Shown: positions 1 through 13,089 of the stretch, one piece after another
Numbering within the stretch: position 1 is the first letter of the stretch
Layout of the letters: the number at the start of each line of letters is the position of its first letter
Source of the DNA: Eledone cirrhosa
Taxonomy: Eukaryota
Assembly: GCA_964016885.1 (NCBI GenBank)
Contig: OZ024742.1
Location: forward strand, 299,522,001-299,586,000
Length of the DNA: 64,000 bases
Direction of reading: 5' to 3'
Notes under the pieces: model-generated
Told to the model about the DNA's origin: nothing
Seen by the model: the letters and a program-made list of their open reading frames with translations, nothing else
Database searches by the model: none
Position numbers and translations under genes: made by a program

Positions 1-283
1 AGGAGAGAGGGTGAGAGAGTCTACATATAAGCAAGAGTGGTGTTTCGGCTGCGCCCGCGGACAAAATGCCGAAGGTATTTCTGTGATCAATGCCTAACGA
101 CATCCGGTGCAACTGCCACCCTACCTGGTGAGGTTTCTTCCTTAGAATATGTTAGGCTTTTAGCTAGAAGTATAAACAAGCAGCAGTCTTTGGAAAAGAC
201 ACATTCGAAAATTTTGAAATTTGAAATGTAATCATCTCAAAGTAAATGAAACTTATTATAGTCAATCATTATAAGTAATAGAT

Positions 284-469
284 GGCGGTGGATTAGCAGT
301 ATCGGTAGACGGTCGGACGCCATGCTTTGACGCATAGAGTTACGGCCCTTGCCATTCTGAGTTCAAATCCAGCCGAGGTTAACTTTGCCTTTCATGCTTA
401 CGGGGTCAATAAAATAAAGTACCAGCAATACACTGGGTAATTGCTGGCCTTGTGCCAAAAGTAGAAACA
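284..469 (+). mobile_element. tRNA-derived SINE, family A (dominant SINE of the window)
   Basis: A-box-like TTAGCAGTATCGGTAG, B-box-like GAGTTCAAATCC, core AACTTTGCCTTTCAT..GGGGTCAATAAAATAAAGTACCAG and 3' GGCCTTGTGCCAAAAGTAGAAACA. Flanked by attataagtaatag/attataaataatag (TSD). More than 12 related copies in the window. Confidence 0.85.
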
Positions 470-1073
470 ATTATAAATAATAGTTTTACACATCGGCTGA
501 TGTACACCTGGTGACGAACCAACCTGGAAAGAAGTACCTTTAATCATTAATATAAATGGAAAACTAACATCAAAAGTTACAAACTATGTGTACTTTCATT
601 CCCACCAAAAAGAATTGACTCGTTAACACACGATGAGTTTCTTTTACACGAAAACAAAAGCCTCAAACCAATATTTTAACAGACGTAAAGTATGATCCGA
701 CATTAATTGAGAGGTTTTCAAATCAAAGATATAGATTTAGCTAAGATCAAAGCTGTTATATACTTAAGCACGTACTTATTTGACCGACTATATAAGAAAA
801 CTATTTCAAGTTAGTATACACTGTCGTTTATAACAAACACTATATATAGTCTTACACAATCCATTTGTGATGGCTCATATGAAGAAAGACAGGCTAGGCC
901 ATCTCCAGTAATCAATACACTAAATGATAAAATGAAAATGAGTTGTTTCTCTATGTTCGCTTCCCAACAAGGGATGTCACCCATAATTGTACATCAATAT
1001 AATCAATACTATTAGACAATGTAAGCTCCTCGGCAACATATAAATTGGCATTAGATTTAACATTGCGTCAGTG

Positions 1074-1225
1074 GAAGAAGAAGAAGAAGAAGAAGAAGAA
1101 GAAGAAGAAGAAGAAGAAGAAGAAGAAGAAGAAGAAGAAGAAGAAGAAGGAAAAGAAGAAGACGATGAAGTAGGAGGAGGAGGGGGAGAAGAAGAAGAAG
1201 AAGAAGAACAACAACAACAACAACA
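1074..1225. repeat. (GAA)n/(GGA)n/(CAA)n compound microsatellite
   Basis: Directly visible. Explains the poly-S/L/F ORFs at 977-1307. Confidence 0.97.
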
Positions 1226-1474
1226 AGGAATCGATTGAACATAATGTCGTGGCAAGTGTCTGTTCTTCTCTCCTCACCTCGTACATCATTGATTCCCCCA
1301 TTATCATATCTTCTTCATCTATTCCAGTCAGGGATGCTTGTTCCTATTACAATACAAAAGCTACTTATTATACACAGTAAACAAACCGGCAAACAAAGCA
1401 ATTTCCACATATTTACGTATATAACGTCAATAAAGAATACATGATCAAATTGGCTCCAGTGCGTACACACACAG

Positions 1475-1506
1475 ATATATATATATACATAGATAGATAT
1501 ATATAC

Positions 1507-1587
<81 letters not shown>

Positions 1588-1670
1588 TATGTATACGTAC
1601 ATACATATATGTATACAGACGTACAGTAGTATGTACATATATACATACATCCACACATATATATATGTAC
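1475..1670. repeat. (TA)n microsatellite with degenerate flanks
   Basis: Directly visible. Similar (TA)n tracts occur near 3456, 5519, 7094, 7771, 12283, 23950, 28229 and 56324. Confidence 0.97.
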
Positions 1671-2184
1671 GTATGGATTTACCGAGCATTTATTATAATG
1701 CTCGGTTTGTTTGTAAACAAACATCCCGAATTAAGCCGTACAGTGTTTAGCAACCATCGTTGCCCTTTTGTTCAACACTGACAAACATATGCAAAGTTTA
1801 ATAAGCAGAGAGTTCTACTTTATTAAGAAATGTCGAGAGGATCTAAAGCTTAGTGTGTTGCAACAATCAACAATTATTTGGAGCAATCATATCCAAGGCG
1901 AAATCCGGGCGGTATTTTCCAATAATTGCACTTACGTCATAAACATTGAATAATGAACCGAATGTGCAGGTGCAATTAAGACACTTTATTCATTTTTCAC
2001 GTGTTTCACCAACATCAAATAACACATATTAGTTTTTAAAGCGAAAATGCCGCTAAAATTGATGCGACAAAGTTATAAGATCCTCTTAAATGAAACCATT
2101 TGTAAAGCATAAAAAAAACAGCCGAGATTAAAACAACCATGAAAGAGATAATTACGTTATTAGAATTACATTTTCAAATCTACA

Positions 2185-2246
2185 TGTGTGTGTGTGTATG
2201 TGAGTGTACCAATGTGCGTGTATTTCTGTGTGTGTGTGTTTGTTTT

Positions 2247-2338
<92 letters not shown>

Positions 2339-2361
2339 TGTGTGCGTGCGGGTGTGTGTGT
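2185..2361. repeat. (TG)n microsatellite
   Basis: Directly visible. Similar (TG)n tracts occur near 4895, 22850, 33841, 37152 and 54371. Confidence 0.97.
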
Positions 2362-2769
2362 ACATATGCTTGCGTCTGTGCTATGAAAATTCCAAGCTAG
2401 AATATTATTTATGATAGAAAAGAGTATTCAAATGTAGGAAGGGTGCCAAACAAAAGGCGGAGAGGACTCTTCAGTTGTCAAAACATGATTTCCCTAGTGC
2501 TGATGCTACGATACATTGCACTAGGCACAATCTGCAAAGTTCGGCCTGGGCTCGTTCGACAGTTCGACAGCCTCCGGCTTATTTGACAGGCCAGTAGCGC
2601 GATATATGCTTACTTGGATTGTGTCACCCCATCAATCGTTGCTAGCAGGGTAAATGGAAAAAATGTTGGAAAGATTTTACCAGACATGCCTCCGCCAGAA
2701 TAAACTGGTCCTCACTCATTCCTGACACTGAGTTTTTTTACTTAAGCTAGACTTAAGCTAGATTCACAT

Positions 2770-3190
2770 CAATCAAAGCTATGCTTATTAGCAATCATCT
2801 ACAATAAACATACCCTCACATCCGTATGGATGATGTGAGCAATCCCAAGCAAATTTGTTATGGTGAGCTTATCATGGGAAAGAGAAAAAATAGTAAGAAA
2901 AGATACAAGGACTTTTTGAAACCTAATTTCAAATGTCTTACATTATATAACAATAGTGTTGAATCACTTGCAGCAGATAGAGAAGTATTGTGGGATAAGA
3001 TTTTGATCAATGTTAAAGATTTTGAGCTTGACAGAATTAAGCATGCTGAAACAAAAAGAAAAGTTCGTAAACATGAGATTAATAGCAATAGCGTTGGGAG
3101 TGATTCTCATTCTTTCTTTAAATGTTCCTTATGCATACAAGTACACATATTTCACACTGGTATATTATCGCACCATGGAGTGTAAGGCAT
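2770..3190 (+). mobile_element. Degenerate RTE-clade LINE 3' end (RT C-terminus plus C2H2-like finger)
   Basis: ORF 2826-3185: RMDDVSNPKQICYGEL..GKR...KRYKD.LK...A.DR..W...FE..R...KRK..FKCSLC...GILSHH matches the typical RTE ORF C-terminus. Confidence 0.75.
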
Positions 3191-3455
3191 ACATGAATTA
3201 TTGAAATTTAATTCTAGTTGACCAGTTTCAAGGCAATGTTTTTCAAAATAAATATTGCAAATTACATGGTGGATTGTAGTGGCACTTGAACATGTATAAT
3301 AAACAGACGGAAAATGGAGCCAGTGCTTAAATGAGACAACATCTCTCCAAACACCATTTTTTTCTGGGGTCAAAAGTCATTTAAGATTTCACGCTAGGAA
3401 AGAGCTATTATAAATGCAAGAAGATGTCAAGCTTGTCAAAGAGCAGACAACCACC

Positions 3456-3486
<31 letters not shown>

Positions 3487-3506
3487 TAATGTGTATATAC
3501 ATATAT

Positions 3507-3590
<84 letters not shown>

Positions 3591-3599
<9 letters not shown>

Positions 3600-4447
3600 T
3601 TTACATATATATATACATATATATACATATACGTGTGTTTTGCAACGGGTCACTTTGTGGCTCAATGAAAAATTAATAAATTAAATAATCAGAGCTATAT
3701 ATCATAAAGCATGTCTATAGAATCACAAGATAAAATATATACCATTTCCTCTCCCAATTAGCATAATTAACTATATAAAAAATCGAATTGACCAGGCTAT
3801 AAGAATGAGGCTTCTATGAAGAAATCTTCAACAAATAACCGAAACTAGCCCTTCGCGTCGGCCGCAACGGAATATTTATCGAATATTTCGACAGCGTAAT
3901 CGCCCAGATACAGTCAACTAAACAGAATTAGGTGTAAAATAAACTAGGAGAAAATAGAATACATTTAAATACTTCTACCATGGTTTCATCCGCATTTTGA
4001 GTTTTCCAATAATTTTGTAATAATTATATAAACTTGAGCACCAGATTCATCAGGAGATTTGCTCTTATCTAGACATTAAATTTTCAAAAGTGATCGCGCC
4101 AAGAATTCATTCAAAATGGCTAAGAATCGTGACGTAGTCGCGGTCAGGATGGAAGGGGTGTGGTAGTTGCTTACGACTGGTGGCGTTTTTGCTAGAAAGC
4201 ACAGTACAATACAGCCAAGTTTGTATCTCAACCTAATGGGAGATTATTACATATAAAAGTTTACATATATATATACATATATATACATATACGTGTTTTG
4301 CAATGGGTCACTTTGTGGCTCAATGAAAAATTAATAAATTAAATAATCAGAGCTATATATCATAAAGCATGTTTATAGAATCACAAGATAAAATATATAC
4401 CATTTCCTCTCCCAGTTAGCATATTTTACACCTAATTCTGTTTAGTT
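3591..4447 (-). mobile_element. Non-coding element with ~170-bp direct repeats and an internal hammerhead (Penelope pLTR/retrozyme-like)
   Basis: 3591-3764 is repeated almost exactly at 4251-4423 (period 660). About 4424-4447 is an inverted copy of about 3916-3939. Adjacent to (TA)n. Confidence 0.6.
3972..4057 (-). ncRNA. Type I hammerhead ribozyme motif (long stem II insert)
   Basis: Minus strand reads tctc-CTGATGA-atc...gat-GAAA-ccatgg-TA-gaag. Both core boxes intact, palindromic stem III, weak stem I (one mismatch). Confidence 0.6.
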
Positions 4448-4946
4448 CACTGTGTGTGGAATGTTTTTGCGAACACTACCAGTTATTGATGTTAAATCTT
4501 CTCATAGTATTTCATTACTACATTACTGTATAGGGGATACTCTACTGCTCATTGCAGTTCCTGTTACTTGCTCATTCTTGGTCTCATGTTGTTTTGTAAT
4601 ATGAATCTGAGTTAATCAATAATGACGAAGTCTTTCTTGCTGCAAATCTCCAACTAAAATTGGTATATATCTCCCCAATAATCAGTTGAACCTATTCCAT
4701 AGCTATGAATGATGTGTGTATATAAAGTATATACATCTACAACGAAGGAAGCAATAATTGTATTTTGAATTATAATTTGTGGCAGGTAGTTAAGCATATC
4801 CAGATTATCTCGTTTATAATTATGTACATGTCTAAAAAAAAGGTCTTTAGTAGAATGTCCAGAACGTTACTTACATACATACACGCACACCATTGTGTGT
4901 GTGTTTATGTGTGTATGTATGTGTGTGTATTTGTGTATATGTATGC

Positions 4947-4994
<48 letters not shown>

Positions 4995-5517
4995 CAACAT
5001 TCTATATTCTACTTATAAGTATTGATTGCCCATTCACTCATTTAGTAAATGTCTATATGTCGTTGAAGTAAAAGTCACACGCACACATATACACACACGC
5101 GCACACACATGTACATACACACACACAGACACATACACACACTCAACATTGACATATGTTTTACTTATATATTATAGTTTGTTGAACATCATGTTAATGC
5201 AATGTTTCCATGTTGTTTTTGTATGTCTCATGAAAAATACGTGTAGATATATTTTTACTTTATTGTAAAGCCCTATGTTGTTATATAAATAACTGTCCGT
5301 TTTCATTTTATTGGACTGAGATTTGACTACCATCCTTGGTACACAATTATTGATTTCTCATGTTATTTAAGAATCTGGGAAAAATTTACCTCATGTCTAA
5401 TGGCATTTATCGATTATGTTACGAAAGACTAAACAAAATGGCTATTTACTCTTACACTACACAGACCCACCAATTTGGGGAAGATGTATCATGAAATTTC
5501 GTATACAGCTGTTCACG

Positions 5518-5607
<90 letters not shown>

Positions 5608-7091
5608 AGTTCTAGTCACTTAGGCGTATTGGACATTACTGTGTTCGTCCATAATCAAATTATGCCAAGAATTTCTTTTTGAAACTATGTTCTTAAATCA
5701 GTCCTTTCATATGAAATAGAAGATTAATGGACCTCCGTCGAGTTTAACGATGAGTTTGTAGTTCTTGGTTGGGATCTATTTGTCATATGACCGTGTAAGT
5801 GGCTGAATAATCCATATGTAAGTGTACCTTTAACAAAATCCTCGTGGTGACTCAGTTTGTGCCACAATGCTGTCATTTTGAATCATAGCTACTATACATC
5901 CGAAATTCCTAAAAATGTTACAACGTTTCGTTTGATCTGCGTCTATAGTAAAGCACGCTTATAAATGATATCACATAGTGTGACCGAACCAGAATGTCCT
6001 GATTGTGAAGCGAAGGTAAACGTTCGGCCAGGCTGTCCTAAATGAAACAATGTCATGCTAATTTTCCTGAGAGAAAGCAAGCCAATGAGGGAGCTTCTGC
6101 TTCAACGCTAGACTTGCTAGAAATAGTTACCAAATCTCCATCAAATCCCATTAGAGCTTTGAAGAAAATGACACGTTGTGTAGTGTTGTTTGGGGTTCTC
6201 TAAACATAGTAAAATGATGGGATGGTCGAGGCTGGAATGCCTTTCATTTTAGGCTTATTCGAACATGAATGCACAGAGCTAAACAACAATTAATGACAAC
6301 TATAGAGAAAACGATGATAAACAAATGTCATTCTATTACACAAAACATAAATAATTGAAATGAAACTTAAATCATATTATTTTTATTCCTGAGTAAATGG
6401 GTCTGCTCTAATCATGTGCCTGTAGATTGAAGGTGGACACTTGGGAGAGCACACTTGCCCTAGCGGTCAGGGTGGCTGTGGCGTTTGGGAGCTTTTTCGT
6501 GTGCTTTTCTTGCATACTTTGTTTTTCTTTTATGCTAATTTTTACACGCAGAAACCGCCATTATCCCGTCCTGTGCTGTACATAATGTATTTTTTTGTGA
6601 AAGCTGGTGCTTTCACTTACAAATTACTGAATCCATAAATGGTAGTTGTAAAGATATTTCCCAAGACCCCATGCAGTGCAATCAAACCCCAGTTCTGAAG
6701 ATAGCGAAACAAATATCCAAACCATCCAATCATACGTATTCACTGCCATTATTCCTCATTCTTCCCGTGAATGAAACAGAAACTACATAATCATCAAATA
6801 TATTATGTATTGCATTTAATAAATCTGTGAAATTAGTGAATTAAAAATAATTTTCAAATCAGTTTTGTATGTTATTCATGCTAAAGTGTTTTAGAAAAGT
6901 AGCATCAGTGATTGTCTTTGGGATAAAGGATTTAGAAAAGAAGGCTTATAATAGGATTTATCAGGATATTCGCATAAAGAATATTTTTTCAAGCGTTACG
7001 TGAGACAGAGAAATGCGTTTTAAAAGTCATGTGTGCATATTAGTGTTTCTTTTGTAATACTGAGCAAATTTCCTCCTGCGAAATTATGCTC

Positions 7092-7136
<45 letters not shown>

Positions 7137-7140
7137 ATAA

Positions 7141-7670
7141 TTGAGTAAAATGACAGGAAGCCGGACTGATGAAATTCCTTCAAAGATTTATTCCAGCAAA
7201 CACAATGTACATTTCAGTGGCCAGGTTACGTAAAATCCTTGTGACATCATCAGGCGTATATTGCATAATATTTATATAATAAAGAATAATGATAAACAAA
7301 ATCTAAGAGGCCATAAGGAGAGAAACAGCTAAAATGTTTTTATAAAAACAGAGAAAAAAGGTTTTTGACTTGAAGGCGACCAAAGGAGCCAGTTTTTCTC
7401 AGTTTACTAACCGCCAAACTGAGAAAAACTGGCCCTCTTGATCACATTCGAGTCAAACACTTTTTTCTCTGTTTTTTTATCTGCGTTTTCTCCTTATAGC
7501 CTCTTGGATTGTGGTTACCATTGTTCCTTTATTGTATAACTATTATGCAATATACACCGGATGATGTCATCATTTTCTTACGCAACCTGGACACTGAAAT
7601 GTACATAGCATTTGCTGAAATAAATCTTTGATGGAATTTCACCAGTCCGGTTTCCTGTCATTTTACTCAA
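7141..7670. repeat. ~530-bp imperfect palindrome (inverted pLTR-like arms), each arm with a hammerhead-like motif and AATAAA
   Basis: 7141-7405 pairs with 7416-7670 around a 10-nt loop. Flanked by (TA)n at 7094 and 7771. Confidence 0.9.
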
Positions 7671-7768
7671 TAATAATTAACTCCGTTCTCGCACCACCAA
7701 CAAGATTCAACATCAAAGATTGATGAGTTGCATAACGTCGAGTGCTTTTCCTTATATTACATCATGGT

Positions 7769-7857
<89 letters not shown>

Positions 7858-8469
7858 TAATTAGCATATGCATGTGTTATCAAAGCGTATCATGTGCGTA
7901 CAGCGGTGTCCTTTATTACCTATATGAGTTATTGTTCTGAAGCCATGTTGGAAACCTTCATTATAATTCCTATCATCAAAGTCAACAGTAATAACATCAT
8001 CATGATGAGGAAGAAGGCCAGTAATAGAATCAGTGTTGACATCTTCATTTTTCTGAGAAGAAATATTTAGGTATCACATCAGAATATATTTTAGTTTTAC
8101 AGCACTAACAACAAAAATAACAAAACAAGACTAACATCATACATGTAAATCCAAAATCAATACTAGAAACAACAGTGTTATATAAAACATATATAAATTC
8201 AACGCAGCGCTTGTTAGAAAAACTTAATGTAGAAGTTAGCTAGAGATTTAAATTATTAGCGTTGCTTACTATTTAGTTTTTTCCTGTTTCCAGTCATCGT
8301 ACAGCAGCCATACTTTGCCACCGCAATAAAATGGATTTAGTTCCTCATATTACCCCGGTACATATATTTTCCAAGCATGTATGTATGGTCCCCGGGCATG
8401 GGTACAGCAGATTTTTTCCAGAGAAAGATAGAAAGTGAAATAGAGGACATGGGCCAGATCTATAGATAT

Positions 8470-8628
8470 AGATATCGACCCCAGTACTAGAATGGTACTT
8501 TTCTTATAGACCTCGAAAGGATGAAATGCAAAGTTGACCTCGGCTGGATTTGAACTCAGAGAGCAGAGAGCCGGAATGCCATGAAGCATTCTACCCGACG
8601 TTCTAACGACTCTGCCAATTTGCCGCCT
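8470..8628 (-). mobile_element. SINE family A copy (alternative 3' tail shared with the copy at 62341)
   Basis: Reverse complement of the core GGATGAAATGCAAAGTTGACCTCGGCTGGATTTGAACTCAGA. Tail near 8400-8455 resembles 62490-62550 inverted. Confidence 0.75.
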
Positions 8629-8904
8629 ACCAAGCATGGTACTTATCGACAACTTTTTGTCGAATCACTAGGATATGTCACATTAATGCAGACAAATACT
8701 GCACACATTCATACAGCCACACACTTCCCAATTCCTTCTGGACACAAAATCTCCTAGTCATACACTCACATACACACGTCTACCACCCTGATATGATATA
8801 GCTCTACCTCACTGCCACCACAACAACTATCACACATACACATACACACGAACTCAAGCCCATTGAAGCCACTGCCCAACACTGCCAACACATATGAAAG
8901 AAAC

Positions 8905-8937
<33 letters not shown>

Positions 8938-10713
8938 TCTGTATATATATATGTGTGTGTGTGTGTGCATATATATATACATATATGTGTGTGTGTGTGT
9001 GTGTACATAATTGTATTTTTACGTGTTATGCACATTTCTCCAACGTCAATGCATTCTAGTTACGCAACTGCAACATCAATTGCAACAACAGCTGGCGGGG
9101 CTTCATCAAACAATTACACAAAAATAATTATGCATGGAAATCCATAACAAAATAAATAAGATTGTTGATATGATTCAATGAGAGACACACGTTCATATTT
9201 GTGTGTGCTTGGGTAGCATATGATTTCAACGTTTTTATTAGATTTTTGTGGGCATGGTCACTATATCATAATTAGTTGATGATGCTATCTCCCTGTGTTC
9301 ACCTGGAGTTTTTCATTGCCATGCTGCAGTTTAGTTGATTGATGGATTTTTTGACAGCTCCCTTAGATTGAATATCACTAGTCACAAATAATTTGTACGT
9401 TGTTCAGGTCGTAATGGCAATAACTTTTACCTTACTAGATGTTTCTCATTTCTTTGTGTAGCTTTCTTTGTTTCGAATCCCGTTATTCTCCTCTTGTGGT
9501 CTCGTCTTGTGCTAGTTATGGGGTCATACGGGTGTATAATTGTGTGCCGATCTTAGCTATTTGATAGTTCCATATGTAAATTTAGTATTATGTATACAAA
9601 CCAAGATAAGAAATATTAAAAAAGAGATATATTTAAAGAATTGTTGTTTTTTTTTGTAATTTTAAAATATATAATATATATAGTATCTCATAATATCAAT
9701 GAATACAATCCGTATGTATAAGATACATCCATGTATATTGAATATTACAATATTCAAACATCATCATATATTAAGTCAGGAATGATAGGAATAACTAATA
9801 AAGATAAGAATAAATGTGAATAGATAATAGGAATGAAGATGAAGGAAACTGGGATTCGCAACAGGAATACAGGAATACAGTTTATTTTAAATGGTTAGCT
9901 ATTCTTTATTTATAAAGTACTGTTAAAAAGGAGAGTTCAAAACCTAGATTACTTGTGAGATGTAGCCACCGTAAGGTATATAGCAATTGGTTACACTTAC
10001 AGGTTACCACAGGAGCAGCATTTGGTACATACACTTCAATTGCATATTTAATTCGTGAGTAAATTATGGTTGTAGGTGGATCCGATGCATCGGTATTTGG
10101 CATTATCAGACTCGTATCGATATCAATACATTGGAAAGTATGGCATTTGAAATGACATTTATGTATCCTTAAACTTTATTTTTAGGTTTGCTTTATATCG
10201 ATTGTATTAGAGAATGCCTGTGGCTAGTATGTTTTTATATATCAGGGTTCCTCCTTTAAGCTTGTATTATGGATTGTCGTTAATGAGATGCTTGCCTTAT
10301 TTATTATTTAAACCATAATCTACTTCATCTAATAAACTGTACTGCAGTATGCTACATATGTGGTTATAGTATAGAGTTGCTATTGATGTGAGATATTTGT
10401 TTGACTAATATCTAGAGTTTTAGGAAGGTTCTTGCTAGCCTATGGGTGTATGTATTAAAAAGGTCTGGTATTCTGCTAATTACGTGTGTCACGATTCCAA
10501 TTAGTTCTATAGCTCTGCTTCTGTTACACAGTTTGCACATATCCGAAGCACCCTTGTGTAGCTGTGCAGATCTAAAGTTATACAACGACAAGGAGTGTTC
10601 CTTGTTACTTAGTTTTAGTCCCTATATAATTCCAATAGTGCTATACCTCTTTTTTAAAGAATGTAAGACGCGAGTGTAGCGTGAATTTCGAACAGCAAAA
10701 AATTCATTTGTAC

Positions 10714-10749
<36 letters not shown>

Positions 10750-11746
10750 GTGTGTGTATAGATATATGGGGGTGGGGGGTCTGTCTGTGTGTGTGTGAGA
10801 GAGAGAGAGTGAATATATGTATACATACAATCATGCACGTGTAAATATAGTCTATACAAGTATGTTCATAAATATATATTACACCAATTACTTTCACACT
10901 AAAACTGGAAATTGCAAATGCAGAAAAGAAATTTTGTGTAAGAAAAGTGTGTGACTGTTTCACAGCTATTGTACAAATAAATATGCTATATAATAAATCT
11001 TCTAGAATTATTTTCTTCCTTCTATCTCAATCAATGAAACATTTTTCCCAAATAATAGGCATGGTTGGACTAAACGGCGATATAGGAATAAGTGTGTGTG
11101 GGGGGGGGGGGGGTTAAGTGTGTATGCGTGTGTGGGTGCAGGGGGGGGGGGGGGTAAATCGGTAATTATTCTCGGTTGTCTGTCGACTTAATAAAAAAAA
11201 AAGAATTAGTCGTTTAGTTTACATATCGAAACCCCAACTCATTCTATTTATTCTATAACATTGGATTTCTAGTAATGTATATTTTTCATCCTGTATAATG
11301 TTGTTGTTTTTTAATGTATAAAGAAAATTAATTGTCGCAGGATTGCTACCACTTAAAATAAAATTTCACCAGAGATAGATTAGCAAAATTTAATAAGCGG
11401 GGCGGACAATTATTCGAGAGCCGAGAGTAGATATATTGAGTGATTTCACATATAACCTAAGTTATGAGCTAATATGTTTAGAATTTAAATCCACTGCGGG
11501 CGCTTTCAACACTTAACACTTTCAACAATCAATGAAAGTTAATGTTCCATATAGAATATATATTGAAGTTTATTGTTTCGGAAATTACTGCAATTAATTA
11601 CATCAACACTAATTAGAAATATCCACCTGTTACCTTAAAACAATAAGTGACACACTCAAACTAATTAGAATCTTATAGACAACCAAATCATTGAAACTAC
11701 TAATAGAATAAAGGTACATTTTTTAAAAAATCCATTCAATAATAGC

Positions 11747-11747
<1 letters not shown>

Positions 11748-11785
<38 letters not shown>

Positions 11786-11925
11786 CAGTAGTAGTAGTAA
11801 TAGTAGTAATAGTAGTTGTTGTTGTTGGTGATGGTGGTGGTGGTGCTAGTGGTGGTTGGGGTGATGGGGATTCTGTGGAGTTGGGTTGGGGAGTGGTATT
11901 TATGGTGGTGTTGTTGCTGGTAGTG
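11748..11925. repeat. (TAG)n/(TTG)n/(TGG)n compound microsatellite
   Basis: Directly visible. Confidence 0.95.
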
Positions 11926-12183
11926 TTTTTGCGCTAAGTAGGCCCTGGTCGAGAAACTATAAAATCTAGCCGGTTGGGTTTAATCTGGAGATTTCACTGC
12001 TATTTCTAGCAGGTTGAACAACGATGCTTAGGCTACATCATTGCCAGGCTGTGATTGTTCACTAATTAGTTGAGTAGAAAACCATCTCCTTTGAACATTT
12101 TTCATTAATTCAATTTGTTCGTTCAAACATGCAGAAATTAAGTGCACTTAGTGAAACTAAGTAAAGGAATATCCCATGACATG

Positions 12184-12449
<266 letters not shown>

Positions 12450-12599
12450 TGAGGATCCGCTAAGGTGAAACAATTGTTCTCGGTATGGTGAACTAACTGT
12501 TGTGTAACCACTTCTATATATATATATATTCATAGAGATATATATGTATATATTTAGACATAGTCACAGATACATATATGAGTGTGGCTACATTTCACG

Positions 12600-13026
12600 G
12601 TGTGGCTCAATGAAAACATTTTATTAAGCAAATAATTATTAATCAGAGCTATATAATTAAGTTCAAATTCAAGTTTGAAGAACAGTCAGATAAAATATAT
12701 CCAATTTTTCTCCGTAGAAATTAACTAGATAAATAATCATTTAAATGGAGTTAAGTTTAAAATGTAACTTCGAAGAAATAACAGATAAATGACACAGACT
12801 ATCCCCCGCGAGGAACAGTCACATAAAATTTACCTAAAAATTAACTAGACAAATAATCAATTAAACGGAGCTAAGTCTAAAATGTAAGTTTGAAGAAAAA
12901 ATGTATGTAAACTTCGAAGTTACATTTTAAACTTAGCTCCGTTTAAATGATTATTTATCTAGTTAATTTCTACGGACTAAAGAGAAAAAAAATTGGATAT
13001 TTTTATCTGACTGTTCTTCAAACTTG
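12600..13026. repeat. Inverted plus tandem repeat unit related to the 3591-4423 element
   Basis: About 12669-12775 is inverted at about 12912-13026, with an internal direct duplicate near 12838-12897. Shares GTGGCTCAATGAAAA..AATCAGAGCTATATA..AGATAAAATATAT with 3657-3740. Confidence 0.8.
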
Positions 13027-13032
13027 CAATTT

Positions 13033-13063
<31 letters not shown>

Positions 13064-13089
13064 ATAATAATAATAATAATAATAATAAT

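Noticed and set aside
1768-1990. REFYFIKK motif resembling a PLE GIY-YIG C-terminus plus a possible HHR relic
   Set aside because: Too short and degenerate; core boxes not intact.
977-2414. Many ORFs with poly-S/L/F, IY or VC repeats (also at 3389, 12142, 22702, 33791, 39086 and elsewhere)
   Set aside because: Stop-free read-through of microsatellites, not genes.
9906-10103. IIYSRIKYAIEVY resembling a CR1/L2 RT C-terminus
   Set aside because: Single short motif with no supporting neighbours.
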